Of a stretch of DNA of 42,463 bases, positions 1-12,113 are shown piece by piece. The translations under genes were made by a program, and so were the position numbers. The notes under the pieces are model-generated. The model had not been told where the DNA came from. It did no database searches and saw only the letters and a list, made by a program, of their open reading frames with translations. Numbering within the stretch: position 1 is the stretch's first letter; each line of letters opens with the position of its first letter. The DNA comes from Ministeria vibrans ATCC 50519 (lineage: Eukaryota; Protista; Filasterea): NCBI GenBank assembly GCA_943704425.1, contig CALSCP010001078.1, positions 1 through 42,463 on the forward strand, written 5' to 3'.

Positions 1-145
1 GGGGAGGGGAGGAGGGCGGAGGGAAGGGCGGCAGAAGGAGGGAGGAAAGGGCGAGGGGGGGGAGGGCGAGGGCGAGGGAGGCAAGGGAGGGAGGCAAGGG
101 GAGGGAGAAGAACACAGGGAGAGGGAGGGACGCAGGGGGAGGGTT
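1..145. repeat. G/A-rich purine low-complexity tract (GGGA-type runs)
   Basis: Almost purely G and A with many GGG runs, read directly from the sequence. Confidence 0.8.
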
Positions 146-934
146 GAGTGTCAACGACTTGGCTGAAGTCAGAAAAACACTGAAGTTTCAAGTCACGACT
201 CACGTCTGTCGGAATGATCAATGAGCCATCTCACGGAAGACAGAGTAATACGTCCACAGTCCTCACATTTGTATCGCATGTTCAATTTGTAGTTTGTACA
301 TTGTCTCTCCACTTGGCCTATGACTATCTTGGCAACAAGCGCTGATCAAATCATCACCAAATCATTGCAGTTTCACACACACACAGTTTCCACTGACCTC
401 ACTCAACCCTGACTCCCTGAGTCAACCCCTAAGTTCTTAATGGCGAATAGCAAACAGGTAAGTGAGGTAACAGCTAACTCCCTAAGCAGAGTGACTCTCA
501 GTCTCTCACAGTTCCACTCTACTCCACTTGCGTCAACGTAAATAATTATTAATTTTATCCGCATTTTATATATTTTGAGTGAGAAGAAAAAACAGACATT
601 GGCCACAAACGGCAAGCCAGTGATGAGTAATGACTACGGAGTAATAAGTACTTCCGACTTCGCTATATATGGGTGGGGGTTATGGATAAAATATTCAAAA
701 AAAGCAAATTGAGGGCAAATTACTTTCTTCTCTCCACCCCTTTCGAATATTTCTCTTCTACACTGCAAGAAGACAATTGAATTGCAAACAACCTGTTAGC
801 TGTTAGCTGTTATATTGATAAGCTTTTGCGTGCTGCTTTTAACCAAAAACATAATGCTCTTCTAATTGGTGTGAGCATTGTCTAAACTTTCAAATCACGA
901 TTATGAAGATGAGCTGAATGAAAACTATCAAGTT

Positions 935-1732
935 TTATTGATAGTACTGATTGGACAACAAAGGCCTCTCGTCAACGGATCCACGATTGTCACGCTGTTG
1001 TTGTTGGCGTAATTGTTGCTGCAATTGCAGTTGCTCCTGCTGCAACACCAGCATTTGCTGCTGTTGTTGTTGCTGCAGCTGATGCATCTGATGCACTTGG
1101 TATTGTTGACTCGATTGGTGCATGGGCGGCGCCGTCTGTTGCTGCGGTGTCATTAGTGGCTGCCGTTGTTGCTGTTGCGGCAATGGTTGTGCAATTACAG
1201 CACTATCTGTGGTCAGTCCCATCTCTGTCAGTTTCGGGTCCGGAACGGACACCATAGCGTAGGGAATGCTAACGTGCTTCTCTGTACAGCAGTTGACACA
1301 TCGCACGCAAGGAGCACAGAACATCTCTAAGAGGCAGGCGCCTACCCCTGACACCAGAGGCGTCTCCGGTTGGTTACAAAACCAAATTTGGTCAAATTCA
1401 GAAAGAACCACCAGCCGAGGAGCTTGACAGCAACAGTTACAGCGCTCACACGGACCCGCACAAAAGCTATCGCAACAACAACAGCAGCAGAGAGCACACG
1501 TGCAACAGCCCTTGTTGAAAGTGACCCGAAGTGGAGTCCCGTCGTACTCTGCAGATATTAGACTCACTGCCTCGGGCGTGAGCTGCACCGTCACGTTGTT
1601 GGCAGTCACACAGATGGGTGTCACTTCGGGATTGGTCCATAACCACAATTCGGTTGGGGTGCACTTGCCAGTAGTGTATTTCGTCTGTCGTTGCCACCGA
1701 ACCGGTCCGTCGTTGTCACAGAAGCATGACAT
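935..1732 (-). CDS. Hypothetical Cys-rich protein with a C-terminal polyQ region
   Basis: 265-aa ORF, GC-rich between AT-rich flanks. About 26 Cys in the first ~150 aa, including CCTCALCCCCCC. Gln runs near the C-terminus. A pyrimidine tract plus AG just upstream of the ATG suggests a 5' intron. No family recognised. Confidence 0.7.
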   Translation of the reverse strand: MSCFCDNDGPVRWQRQTKYTTGKCTPTELWLWTNPEVTPICVTANNVTVQLTPEAVSLISAEYDGTPLRVTFNKGCCTCALCCCCCCDSFCAGPCERCNCCCQAPRLVVLSEFDQIWFCNQPETPLVSGVGACLLEMFCAPCVRCVNCCTEKHVSIPYAMVSVPDPKLTEMGLTTDSAVIAQPLPQQQQRQPLMTPQQQTAPPMHQSSQQYQVHQMHQLQQQQQQQMLVLQQEQLQLQQQLRQQQQRDNRGSVDERPLLSNQYYQ

Positions 1733-2506
1733 ACTGGTGATTCTAAGAGGAAAAGAGAGAATAACACATAATAATATTAATAATTAGAAGAGAAGAAAAC
1801 ATTTCCAATTTATTATTATTAAACAACGAAAAGCGAGAACACAAACAGCTCAGAACCACTTTCTAAGCTACGTAATTAATATAATTATATATATAATAAT
1901 AATTATAATATTTATATATAATAAATTATATTTTTTTTTTTTCCCTTGCACAAACGAAGCGACAAACAGGGAAAAGCTCAGAACATCACAAGTGACACAA
2001 ATCACGACTGGCTCCATTTGGAGCACTACCAAACACCAAGCACCGCCACAAGACCCCATACAGACCCTATCGCATGCATTGGTTGTTTGGGGAAGGACAG
2101 TCAAAGGCGATTCAACGAAGGCACCCGACAATCGCCCGCATGCATCCCATGCCCAATCGCCAGTCTCCGCTCTCGCGCAACCGTCTGTGCCATGACCAAA
2201 TCGTCATTTGGAGACGAATATGAAGGATGCCTTCTCGCGGCCTGGTCGCTACAGCGAAAGGACAGCTCAAGCGCGATATGAAGAAAATATACGAATTTCT
2301 TTCTCTCTCCGTAATTCATGGTGTGTCTATGCACCGACTGCGGTCACGGGTTCTCCGTATGACCTGTGTACTTACAGAAGAAAACAGAACAAACAAAAAT
2401 GTATACATGAATTATGAACAGAAAAACTACTCAAACGAAAAAACTAGAAGAAAATAAACAACACAGACATGAAACAGCTCAATATTATTAAATGTGTGAG
2501 TGTATT

Positions 2507-3555
2507 TCATACAGTTTTATCCGCCTCGATACTATACAATTCTCTCATTCGATCGCAAATATCTGAGCATGTGATGAAAAAGAATCAATAAAAGAGATAG
2601 AGCTGTTTTGGTAAACTCTACCTTGCACACCCGACTGGTCTTTCTCGCTCTCCTCCTTTAGATGGTCCATCCACCACGGGCGTCCGTCGCCCTCGGTGCT
2701 CACCGGTGGGTCTAGTTTCATTTCTTCAAATGCCATGTGGACCATAGCACACGCAATGGCCTGTGTGAGAAGAGAGACGATTCTACGTGAGCAACATGTG
2801 TCTATGTGGTGTCATCTCACTTTTGCCGAGTATTGAAGACACAAAGTTGTTCGATAGCTGTCGTTGCAGTAGTTCCAAGCCGCCTGGGCAACCTCGCGGG
2901 TGCCCTTGACGAGACGCACGAGCGGGAGGACGGTTGTGTAAGGATGCTCGACGTTGAGGTCAAATTCAATTGTGAGCAACAGAATGCGCTCGTTCACAAG
3001 CAGTGTTTCGTGCAGGTCGCGGTAGACTGCGCTCTCTTCGACGGGAAACGCCTGCTTCGACCCAAACTGCTGCATCCAGACGGCATGACTGTGTTGAAGA
3101 GAGACAGAGACGCGCGTGAGAGAGAGAGAGCGACACACAAAAGCGGATGGGCTTACAGAACGTCGCGCGTCTTCTTGAGCGTTTCCTCGACCTTGCAGGC
3201 AATGAACATGCAGCAGGCAACCATGGACCAGAGGTCGTGCGTCTTGAGCGACTGCAGCATGTAGAAGCGGTGCAGGAGCACAGCAGCAGTGGCCGTCGTA
3301 AACTGAGGTAGCTTCAGCTGCAGCCCAACCGCCTGCAGACGCGCCGCGCCCTCGGCCCGTAGTCTCCGTTCATCTTCGATGCTGACACCCGCCCGATGCG
3401 ATGCCGACTGCCACACGACTTCCTACGTGCGCGAAACGGGAGTGAGAAGGCAATCGGTCCCACACGACGCGACGTACGGTCGCCGAGAAGACCCAGTTGT
3501 CCCGTGGTTCTAACGGAGGCACCTCGTCGGGCGCCGGCACTGCTTCTTGACTCAT
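2507..3555 (-). CDS. Transcriptional cyclin (cyclin K/T/L family), 5+ exons
   Basis: Spliced exons 3555-3478, 3422-3157, 3088-2821, 2760-~2623 and ~2560-2507 give WVFS..., ATAAVLLHRFY, ACCMFIACKVEET, ERILLLTIEFDLNVEHPY, AWNYCNDSYRTTLCL. The final GTATGA may be a donor to one more short exon ending near 2317. Confidence 0.9.
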
Positions 3556-3637
3556 TCTTTGTACAAAATCGTGTGGAAGCTTGAAATGATTAACGAGTAA
3601 ATAAATGAAGTGTAACTTTTTTTGAGTTAATTTTGAC

Positions 3638-5418
3638 ATGACGGAATTCAAGGGAGGCAGCGGTGACGCGACGCGCGCTCTTCAGCTGTTGAAGGAACGC
3701 GAGCAACGGAAGGTGACGCTGGAGGCGGAGAAGCGGCGGGTGGAGGAGGACAATGTGCGGCGGGGCATGAACATTGGCAACAAGTTTGCCAAGACGGTGG
3801 ATTCGGTGGAGCAGCTGCTCAAGGCGGACACCATTGGGCTGGTGACGCTCGATGAGTTCAAGGGCAAGCGTGAACGCGCCGAGCTGGAGCGCGAGAAGCA
3901 GGTGGCGGCGGCTGTGGCACGCGCGACAGCCGAAGACGCAGCGCGCGAGAAGAGTCGGCAGGAACGCGCAGCCGCACGCAAGAAGCAGCCGTCGGCGCTG
4001 TCCTTTGACATGGACGACGGCGACGACGACGAGGAGGAGGAGGAGGAGGAGGAGGCGCAGGAGCAGGAGGGCGAGCAGCAGGCGCAGGCGGAGGGCAAAG
4101 ACCAGGAAGGCGGCGGAGCGAACAGTGAGGCGAAAGGAGACGGCGCTGGCAAACGCAAAGCCGAGACGGAGAGTGGACTGTCGACAAAGCGCTCTCGCTT
4201 TGGTAAAAATCCGCTTGTGGACACTGACTTCTTGCCGGATCGTGATCGTGAAGACATGGAGCGGCTGGAGCGCGAAAAGCTGCGACAGGAGTGGGTCGAG
4301 AAGCAGCAAAAGATGAAGCGTACGTCTCAATTCAAATCGATTTCGATTTCGGTCCGGTGTTGTTTTTTTTTTAATTTTTATAATCAATTTGTTTTGCAGA
4401 GGAAAACATTCAAGTGACCTTTAGCTATTGGGACGGATCGGGTCACCGAAAGAGCGTCGTGGTGAAGAAGTAAGAGAAGGAGAGTGCGCCTGACGGATTT
4501 GTGTTAACTTTTAGTTTTGTCCCTCTCTTCATAGAGGGAATACGATTGAAGAGTTTTTGTCGATTGCGATGACCAAGTTGCGCGAGGAGTTTAAGGAACT
4601 GCGGAATGCAAGCGTGGACAGTCTGATGTATGTCAAGGAGGATCTCATTCTGCCAATGGTACTGAAAAAGAGAGAGAGAGGAGAAAGAAACAAAGTGATA
4701 GAGAGAGAGGAGAAAGAAACAAAGCGATAGAGAGAGAGGAGAAAGAACCAAAGTGATAGAGAGAGGAGAAATAAACAAAGCGATAGAGAGAGAGAGAGAA
4801 ACAAAGCGATAGAGAGAGAGAACAAAGAGAAACAAAGCGATAGAGAGAGAGAAATAAAGTGATAGAGAGAGAAACAAAGTGATAGAGAGAGAAACAAAGT
4901 GATAGAGAGAAAGAAACAAAGTGATAAAGAGAGAAAGGGAGCAAAGAAAGAGAGAGAGAGACCAAGATGACTCACTTTGCTTGTGCTTAGCACTACACAT
5001 TTTACGAGTTCATTGTGAACAAAGCGCGAGGGAAGAGTGGACCGCTGTTCTGCTTTGATGTGCATGAGGATGTGCGGATGGTGGGCGACGCGTCTCTTGA
5101 GACAGATGAGGTACACTAATCTGCAAATATGGGACTTTTTGTGGGTTTTATGGTGGCTTTACATTTTTGTTGATCCTATCCATCCATTCACTAAAATTCC
5201 ACTCCTCTCATTCAATGCCACTCTCCTGTTCACCTTCTGCCGTCACTCACTCTTCATATTTTTTTTCTCTCTCTCTATGTTTTATTGCTCTTCCTCAGTC
5301 TCATGCGGGTAAGGTCCTCGAGCGTTCGTGGTACGAGCGCAACAAGCATATTTTCCCTGCGTCTCGATGGGAACCATATGATCCCGAAAAGAGCTATGCC
5401 AAATACACTGTGAAATAA
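3638..5418 (+). CDS. FAM50A: FAM50/XAP5 family protein, 5 exons
   Basis: Motifs [108 protein letters not shown] are joined through GT-AG introns. Confidence 0.95.
4664..4962. repeat. Intronic minisatellite: AAACAAAG(T/C)GATA followed by variable (GA)n
   Basis: About 11 imperfect units inside FAM50 intron 3. Confidence 0.9.
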
Positions 5419-5657
5419 GCCTGAAACATTATTGCGTCTTCTATTGTTTGCTGGCGTTCGATTAAGCTTTCATTCACTCGTTTTCTCCATCCCTCTTTCT
5501 CGAACAAGCTGCGCCTTTTCGCGTTGCAACAGTACAACTTCGCTCTGCAGTCGCTCTGCCATCATCACAGCCGCAATGCGTTCCTTTTCACTTTCATCCA
5601 CTCTGCAGTGACACGAGACATTTCACAACAACGCGCTCTCGCTTTTTTAAAAAGTCC

Positions 5658-7045
5658 CTACCGCCCGCTTAGCGCACCCACTTGCAGTCCCGCTTGCCTC
5701 TTCCATGCACGCAGCTGTTCCTTCAGCACCGCTGTATTCTTATCCAGTCGCTCGGCTTTGCGTCGCATCCGCTCCTGTCCCTTCTCCGTTGCCTGTGTCT
5801 CCGCAAGTGCTCGCTCCAAATGCCCCAGAGCCTCGTTCAGTCTTTTCTTGAGCTTCCCATTGCAGCGTGTCAGCGTGTCCCGTTCCCGCTCCCACGTCCC
5901 CTTCATTTGATCCAGCACGACCTCCCCTTCGCGAACCCGCCCTTCCAATGCACGGCGTACCCCGTCTGCCTCACGTGTGCGTCGCTGCTCCTCCTCCAAC
6001 AGGCGCCTCCACCCAGCCGTCTCTTCCTCGTGACGCGCTTCCGCCCGTGCCGCCACCACACCCGCCTGCTCAAGAGCTTCCATGCGTGTCGTCGACTCAC
6101 GTGCATTTCGGTCGCACGCGAGCGCAAGTCGATCACGCTCACGTTCACACTCACCCAATCGCTCCAACAGCGCACTGCTTGCGGCCGTCGCCCGGTCCAT
6201 CTCCGCCCTGGCAGACTCCATGCGCTCCAGCAACGTATCTCGCTCGCGCTCCAATGTCTCTGTTTGTGCCAACAAATTGCCATTTTCTTCTTCAAGCAAA
6301 CGCATGGCGTCGCGATGTTCGGCCAAGTCTGCTTCCATTTCTGTCTCATGCATGAGAATATTATTCTCCTCCATTTCGGACCTGCCCGTAGTGCCAATCA
6401 GTCGCTCGTTCGCCGCCAGCATTGCGCTCGCACGCGTCTTGAGTTCTTCCACTTGCGACTCAAGTTGAACAATAGTGCTCTCCTTTGCTGCAATTTTTCG
6501 CTCGAGCGCCATCGACACGGGACACACTCGATCAGTGTCAGACCTACAAATAATAATAATAAAAAAGACGATTGTGCGCAACAATTAGACTATTGTGTTC
6601 GATTGAATGCATACCACCAAGAAGGCGCGACTGCTTCAACAGATGCAGTTGCTTCGTGCGGCAGAGCACCAAATCTCTGTTGATATGCACCCAGTTCGAC
6701 TTGGAGGCGGTGCAGGAGGGCGGCAACGGACGCGTCGACATGGGCAGGCGCAGATTGGCTTAATGCTGGGCTCGGCGACTCGCGCGGTCTCCGTCGTGCA
6801 GGCACCGCTGGCGATGGATCGCCACGTTGTCTCGTGCCGCCCAGCGTCGAGGATTGCGTGAGGTGTGAGGAAAAGGGCAAACGGCGTTGCCTTGACGACG
6901 GCGTGCCAACGTCCGTCGTTCCCCCTTCTTGCCCTCTTGGTATTGCGATGGTCGAACGGAGCCCCGAACGTGATGTAGTCACCTGTGCCTTTGTCCGTGA
7001 GGTGATCATTGCTAGGCTGTCGATGGTGTCTGTTGAGTTGTTCAT
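5658..7045 (-). CDS. Hypothetical coiled-coil protein, 2 coding exons
   Basis: ORF 6590-7123 joins ORF 5658-6584 in frame through a GTATGC...TTTGTAG intron (~6545-6613), reading SWW|SDTDRV. The long E/R/L/A-rich C-terminal region is heptad-like. Confidence 0.75.
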
Positions 7046-7269
7046 GCTAAACAAGAGAGAGAAAAAACTAAAAAAGATTATTTGCGCGATCATGAAAGAT
7101 ATTTGGATTGGCAGGTAACTCAACAGTTATCAGTCAAGACTAACGACTCAAGTCACAAGTGACAAAGTCAGGCGAATCACCGCTTGCATCAGACTACAAT
7201 TTGATCTCGAATGTTCATCAATGTACACCTCTGTCTCTCTCTCTGTCTCTCTTCTGCTGCCTCACTGCC

Positions 7270-7611
7270 TCACTGCGACGCCGCCGACCGCTCTTTCCAC
7301 TGCTCGGGCGTGAGCGTCACTTGGGTAAAGGCGTGGATGCGCGGCATCTCGTTGACCAGAGCGGCATTCACAAGGCGATGGCGTTTGAGTGTCGACAGTC
7401 CTTCAAATGCAGAGGAAACAATCGTCGCCTCAAAACTCGACCCGCAGCCATCACTCACATCCACTACGTCGACGTGCGTAGCCTATTCAGTCAAAATACA
7501 CATCAAGGAGAACAGCTCAGCGCTTTCCAAATGAATAATATGTAATTCTCGCACTGTCACGCCGGAAAGAATCTTTTCTCGCAGAAGATCGGTTGTAAGC
7601 TGGTCCGTCAT
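7270..7611 (-). CDS. BOLA2: BolA-like protein (BolA2/Fra2 type), 2 exons
   Basis: MTDQLTTDLLREKIL..|ATHVDVVDVSDGCGSSFEATIVSSAFEGLSTLKRHRLVNAALVNEMPRIHAFTQVTLTPEQW carries the DxSxGCG, FEG...RHRLV, IHAF and TPEQW signatures. Confidence 0.92.
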
Positions 7612-7741
7612 TGAGGAGTACGCGCACAAGTCAGAATCCGGAAAGTTAACTCAAAAATGAATGAATAAAAAATATAATTATAAAGATTAAAGACATTTTC
7701 AATAATATGATCATAGGTAATATCAGATCTATTATGAATGT

Positions 7742-10700
7742 TCATTGTAATTGTTGTACGGCGTGCCGTGAGACTGGGGGAAAACGCGCAACGCCTTCGC
7801 GTGCGCTCTCGCTCGTCTCTAGCGTGAGTCGTTGTGAACCGGGAAGATACGCAACGAGAGAGCGCGCCACGGCATCGGTTTGCGTACGGTGCGACCGACC
7901 CATCACACACACATGCAGCTCGCGTCCACCCGCAATGACCGCATCAAACACAGCGAGTGTCTCGGCGCGTCCCAGCACATCTAGCAAGGCTGCTTGCCGT
8001 GCTCGCTTGTCAAACATCGACTCGCCATCCTCGACCACGCCAAAGTGTCGGTCGGCCGTTTCGGAGAGAGTAACGTCAGGTTGTCGCTTAAGGACGGCAA
8101 GCGACGCGGCGTGCTTTTGGATAAACGCATCGTCCCACTCATTGGCAAGTTGCGAGCGAAAGTCCGTAAGAAACGCAGAGGCACGCTCATGCAAATGCTG
8201 CATGCTATATTTGGCTGACTGAGCACTGATTGAAAGAGAGTAGCCACAGGCACCGTCGGTCGAGCGGTAGGAGCACTCGACGTCGTAGCCCAGCGATTCC
8301 TTGGTGCGCAACACATCAAAGCAGGGCTCGGCCATGACAAACTCCAGCAACTCAAGCGCCGTCTCGTGCAACACACGCTGTGCGGTGACTACGTCGAGCC
8401 CCTCGAGGGCGCTCGTCACCGCCTCATCAAGTCCGCTGGCGACCACGGAGTCTTGCAATCGCGAGTCGCCCAGTGCCAGCTGGTAGTACATCTCAAGACA
8501 ACAGTTGTCGTCTGTCTCGTTGGTCGATGGCTCCACCACAAAAAGTCGCTCGTCCGCGCACAACATGCGACAGGTCTGCTGAGCTCGCTCCACAGAGACT
8601 GAGGCAGCAGCAGCAGCAGCCGAGGAAGGTGTGAGTGTCTCGACCAACAGTGTGTGCATGGCACGCGCCCGCTCGGCCGACACATTGCCCACCACCAGTG
8701 CGTCCACTGTGAATCCCGCCCGCAGCAACCCATGTACACGCGCCACCTCATCCAGGCTCAACGCCTCTGCATACTCCAGCATTTCCCGTCCCAACGGTGA
8801 TCCTGTTCGCAGCACCTACACAAAAAATGGGAGGGGGGTGCAAAAGATGATGAGAAAACGAGACAAAGAACACAGCCCAAACACAATCGTACGCGCAACC
8901 GAAGATTGCGAGCGTGACGCTCTGCCTTGAGGCCGGAATTACGAAAGCGACGAGCCATCTGCTGCTTGACGAGGGTAAAACGCTCGTTGGTGAAGACAGG
9001 TGGGGCTGCCAAGTGACGAACGACAACGGCAAAAAGTCGATCAAGCTTGTCGCTGAGACCGTCCACCTTGAGCACAAGACCCGTCGGGTGCGACCGAATC
9101 GACGTGTTCAGGTCCGCCATTTGCGCCATATCTAGAAAAAACAGCGCGCAAGTACAGTACATGTGAGTAACAACATTCTTTCTTGTACAAAATCCAAGTG
9201 CGGCGCGTACAAGTGACTTCCTTGACTTCAAGCGAGACAAGCTCCACAAAGGCCTGCAACGCCACAATGTCTCGACGCGAATCAAACAGCGCTGCAACCC
9301 CCACATGGAAGTTGGCGTGGGCGCGTGGCAGATTGTGTTCGATCGAGTGCAGGTGCCACAGCCGGCTCTGTGCCGTCTCCACCAGACATACCATCTTGAG
9401 TACGACGACAACAAAGAAATTTATTAAGAAAAAAAAAAACACATTGTTTAGAACATGTAATACTTATCATCATAATTGATTTATATTAATTATTATAATT
9501 ATGTATAATTATTTGTTTACCCGTCCTTCTTGGGGAGACTGTAAGAGAGCGAAATCGTGGGCAATAAACTCGTTTGGATGGGGAATGTGAAGCTGGTCGG
9601 GAAGTGGAGAGGAAGGGTCTTCGGCGAGGGCAAACGCAGAGCGCCAGGTGTCGTCGAGAGACTCGGTGGTGTACGCCGTGCCAAAGTAAGGTTCGGTGAG
9701 GGTACAGCGACGCGACACAGATGCGTGCTTGCTCATGAGGACGACGCGGACACGCGCGGCGGTGAGCTGTGACAAGAGTGCGTCGACAGCGGACGCGTCA
9801 TAGTCAAAATAGAGCGCTTCACCGTCGACCCAGTGCTCGGGCGGATAGAGTGCCATGCGATGGACGACTTCCTCGGCAAAATCGACGGGCTCTTCGAGCT
9901 CGGCAAAGCGAAAGGAGATGGCTGCAAGCGCTTTTTGCTCGTCCCAGAAGCGCCGAATATCGTCGGGGGTACACTCGCGACGTACCATGGCAAGGTAGCG
10001 CAGGACGAGAGCAGCGACATAGGGAGCATGGGCAAGGCCCGAATCGGTCAACGTGATGCCACACCGGAAGATGAAGGAGACCGAGTTGCTGTCGGTTCCC
10101 GTATCGTCGTTGCCCGCCACAAGAGCACTCGCCAATCCTCGGTTGCGCAACAGCGACACAAGCGAACCGGGCCCTTCGTCGCCCAGCATGTCTGTCAGCA
10201 TCACGGTGGGCTTGCAGCGCCAGGCCCTCGTCTGCGGCGGCAAGGCCCAGGTAAGCTCCAGTAGGTGCCGGTCTTTGGTGCCACGCACGTACGTCAAGCG
10301 GTTCCATTGTTCTACCGGCTCGTAGGGCAACGATGCAACGCTTGGCTGTACAGCCAGTTCGGCAGTAGCGGCACGACGGAGCGCGCCAAAGGCAGTGCAT
10401 GCCAGCGCCTCGAGGTGATCGAGGTCGTGACGGCTGACAATGCACACGTGCATGCGCTCCGCCAAGTAGTTCTCTTCATACAGCTTAAAGAGTTCGGCGC
10501 GCACATCACACTCAACGGAAAGTGAGGCTCGATTGCCCCAGAGGAAGCGCGCCAGCGGATGGCCTGGCGTCGCAGCGATACCAAGAAGGCGCTCGAGACG
10601 ACAGTCGTCGTCTTCACGGCTCATTTCAAACTCCGAGTCCACATTCTCCAACTCACGCTCCGTGCTGCTGTCAAGCATCAGTGGTGCAATGAAGAATTGC

Positions 10701-11004
10701 GCAAAGCGATCGAGCGTTGGCGCAAGCTTGGAGCGTCGCACCTGGAATTGAAACACAGTCTGCTCACAGTCGGTCTGTGCGTTGGTGGCTCCGCCATGTT
10801 GCGTCACAAAGGCGTCAAAGTCGTTCTCATCAGGATACTTGGACGACCCCATAAAGACCATGTGCTCCAGAAAGTGAGCCAGCCCCTGCACATGGTCGGG
10901 CTCCTGGAAGTGGCCCGCCTGCACGCACAGCGCGACCGCCGACAGCTGGCCCTGCGCATCTCGCGCACTGCTTGCCTTCCTGTGGCGCCGCCTGCGCGAA
11001 TGGC

Positions 11005-11036
<32 letters not shown>

Positions 11037-11399
11037 TGCCCGTCCCCCATGTCGTCGTCGTCGCTGCCGCTGCCGCCGTCCGACGACGAGCCGCTTGCGT
11101 CCGAATCCGAATCGGAGTCGGTTGACCAACACGACGAATCGTGGTCGTCGCCAGAATCGTCCGATCCCGCTTGGGAAGCGCCGTCCTCGTCCACGTCCAT
11201 GTGTCCCTGGTCAATATCTTGCACAAGGAGCACGTGCAGACCATTGTCGAGCTTGAGAGCTCTGAATGCAGACCGAGAGAGGAAAGAAAGAAAAAAAAAA
11301 TCATCCTTTGAATTGGTGAACGTAACGTGAGACTCACCGGTACTTCCTGCCGTCCTGATCACTCTTGTGGACTTCGCCAAAACGCTGAAGAACCGACAT
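7742..11399 (-). CDS. NRDC: M16A zinc metallopeptidase, nardilysin-like
   Basis: Exon 1 MSVLQRFGEVHKSDQDGRKYR, then ALKLDNGLHVLLV, an Asp/Ser-rich insert, the inverted zinc motif GLAHFLEHMVFMGS (HxxEH), and C-terminal FDVLRTKESLGY. An acidic insert before HxxEH is the nardilysin hallmark. Confidence 0.88.
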
Positions 11400-11517
11400 A
11401 CGGGAAAACAGAGGGGGGGGGGGAGCGAGAGAGATGACTGAATAACTGATCATTCAAAAGGAAATCAAATTTATCAAAACATCAAATTCAATATCTTTTG
11501 TGTTGCTGAGTTGAACC

Positions 11518-11659
11518 ATGTCGGGACGAGGGGCGCCGAGGCATGACAAGGTCAAAAACAAAATGCCTGCGGCGGTGCAGATCACGGCGGAGCAGCTCAT
11601 CAAAGACGCTCGTGACCGCCAAGACCCGGTCATTACAGCGCCCAAGCAGGAGATTGCAG
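11518..11659 (+). CDS. CRNKL1: Crooked-neck/CLF1/SYF3 splicing factor, first exon only (rest absent from window)
   Basis: [21 protein letters not shown]...APKQEIA matches the conserved CRN N-terminus and ends at a G|GTACGC donor. No HAT-repeat exons follow. Confidence 0.85.
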
Positions 11660-11992
11660 GTACGCTTCCGCCCGTCCCGCCCCGTGCAGTGTTCTGTAGG
11701 TCTCTGTGGATCCTCTGCGCACTGCCACCATCCCATTCCGTCCTCTCCTCATCTTCATTTTTGAATTTTTCATTCTGACTCTTTTTTTTTTTTTTTTTTT
11801 TTTTTTTTGCAACGCCGACACTTTTCCCTCTCTGCGTCTCTCTCTCTTTGCTCTCTCTCTGTTGCGCACCCCTTGCTGCTCCCTATCACCCCAACGGTGG
11901 ACGCCGTCGACACGCGCGCGGTCTCCGTGCGCTCTCTCTCAGCTCACGTCGCACAGCCATCAGAGAAACGAATGCTGACTCCCTTCTCTCTC

Positions 11993-12031
<39 letters not shown>

Positions 12032-12113
12032 CCTCTCTCTCCCTCCCTCTCTCTTCATTGCCTCTCTTTCTCTCCGTCTTTCTCCCGTCGTTCCTCCCCC
12101 ATGACCATTACAG

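Noticed and set aside
1946-2360. GC-richer island that could be an ncRNA (U3, RNase P/MRP, SRP) or a small ORF
   Set aside because: No complete set of conserved boxes found. It is explicable as the terminal exon and 3'UTR of the cyclin gene. An Infernal/Rfam scan would settle it.
4664-4962. Repeat-spacer pattern resembling a CRISPR array
   Set aside because: Spacers are only (GA)n length variants, the array is intronic in a eukaryotic gene, and no cas genes are present.
4443-5116. S/L/F-rich ORFs (also 35074-36094 and 28943-29299)
   Set aside because: They are translations of (CT)n/(GA)n repeats in introns or intergenic DNA.
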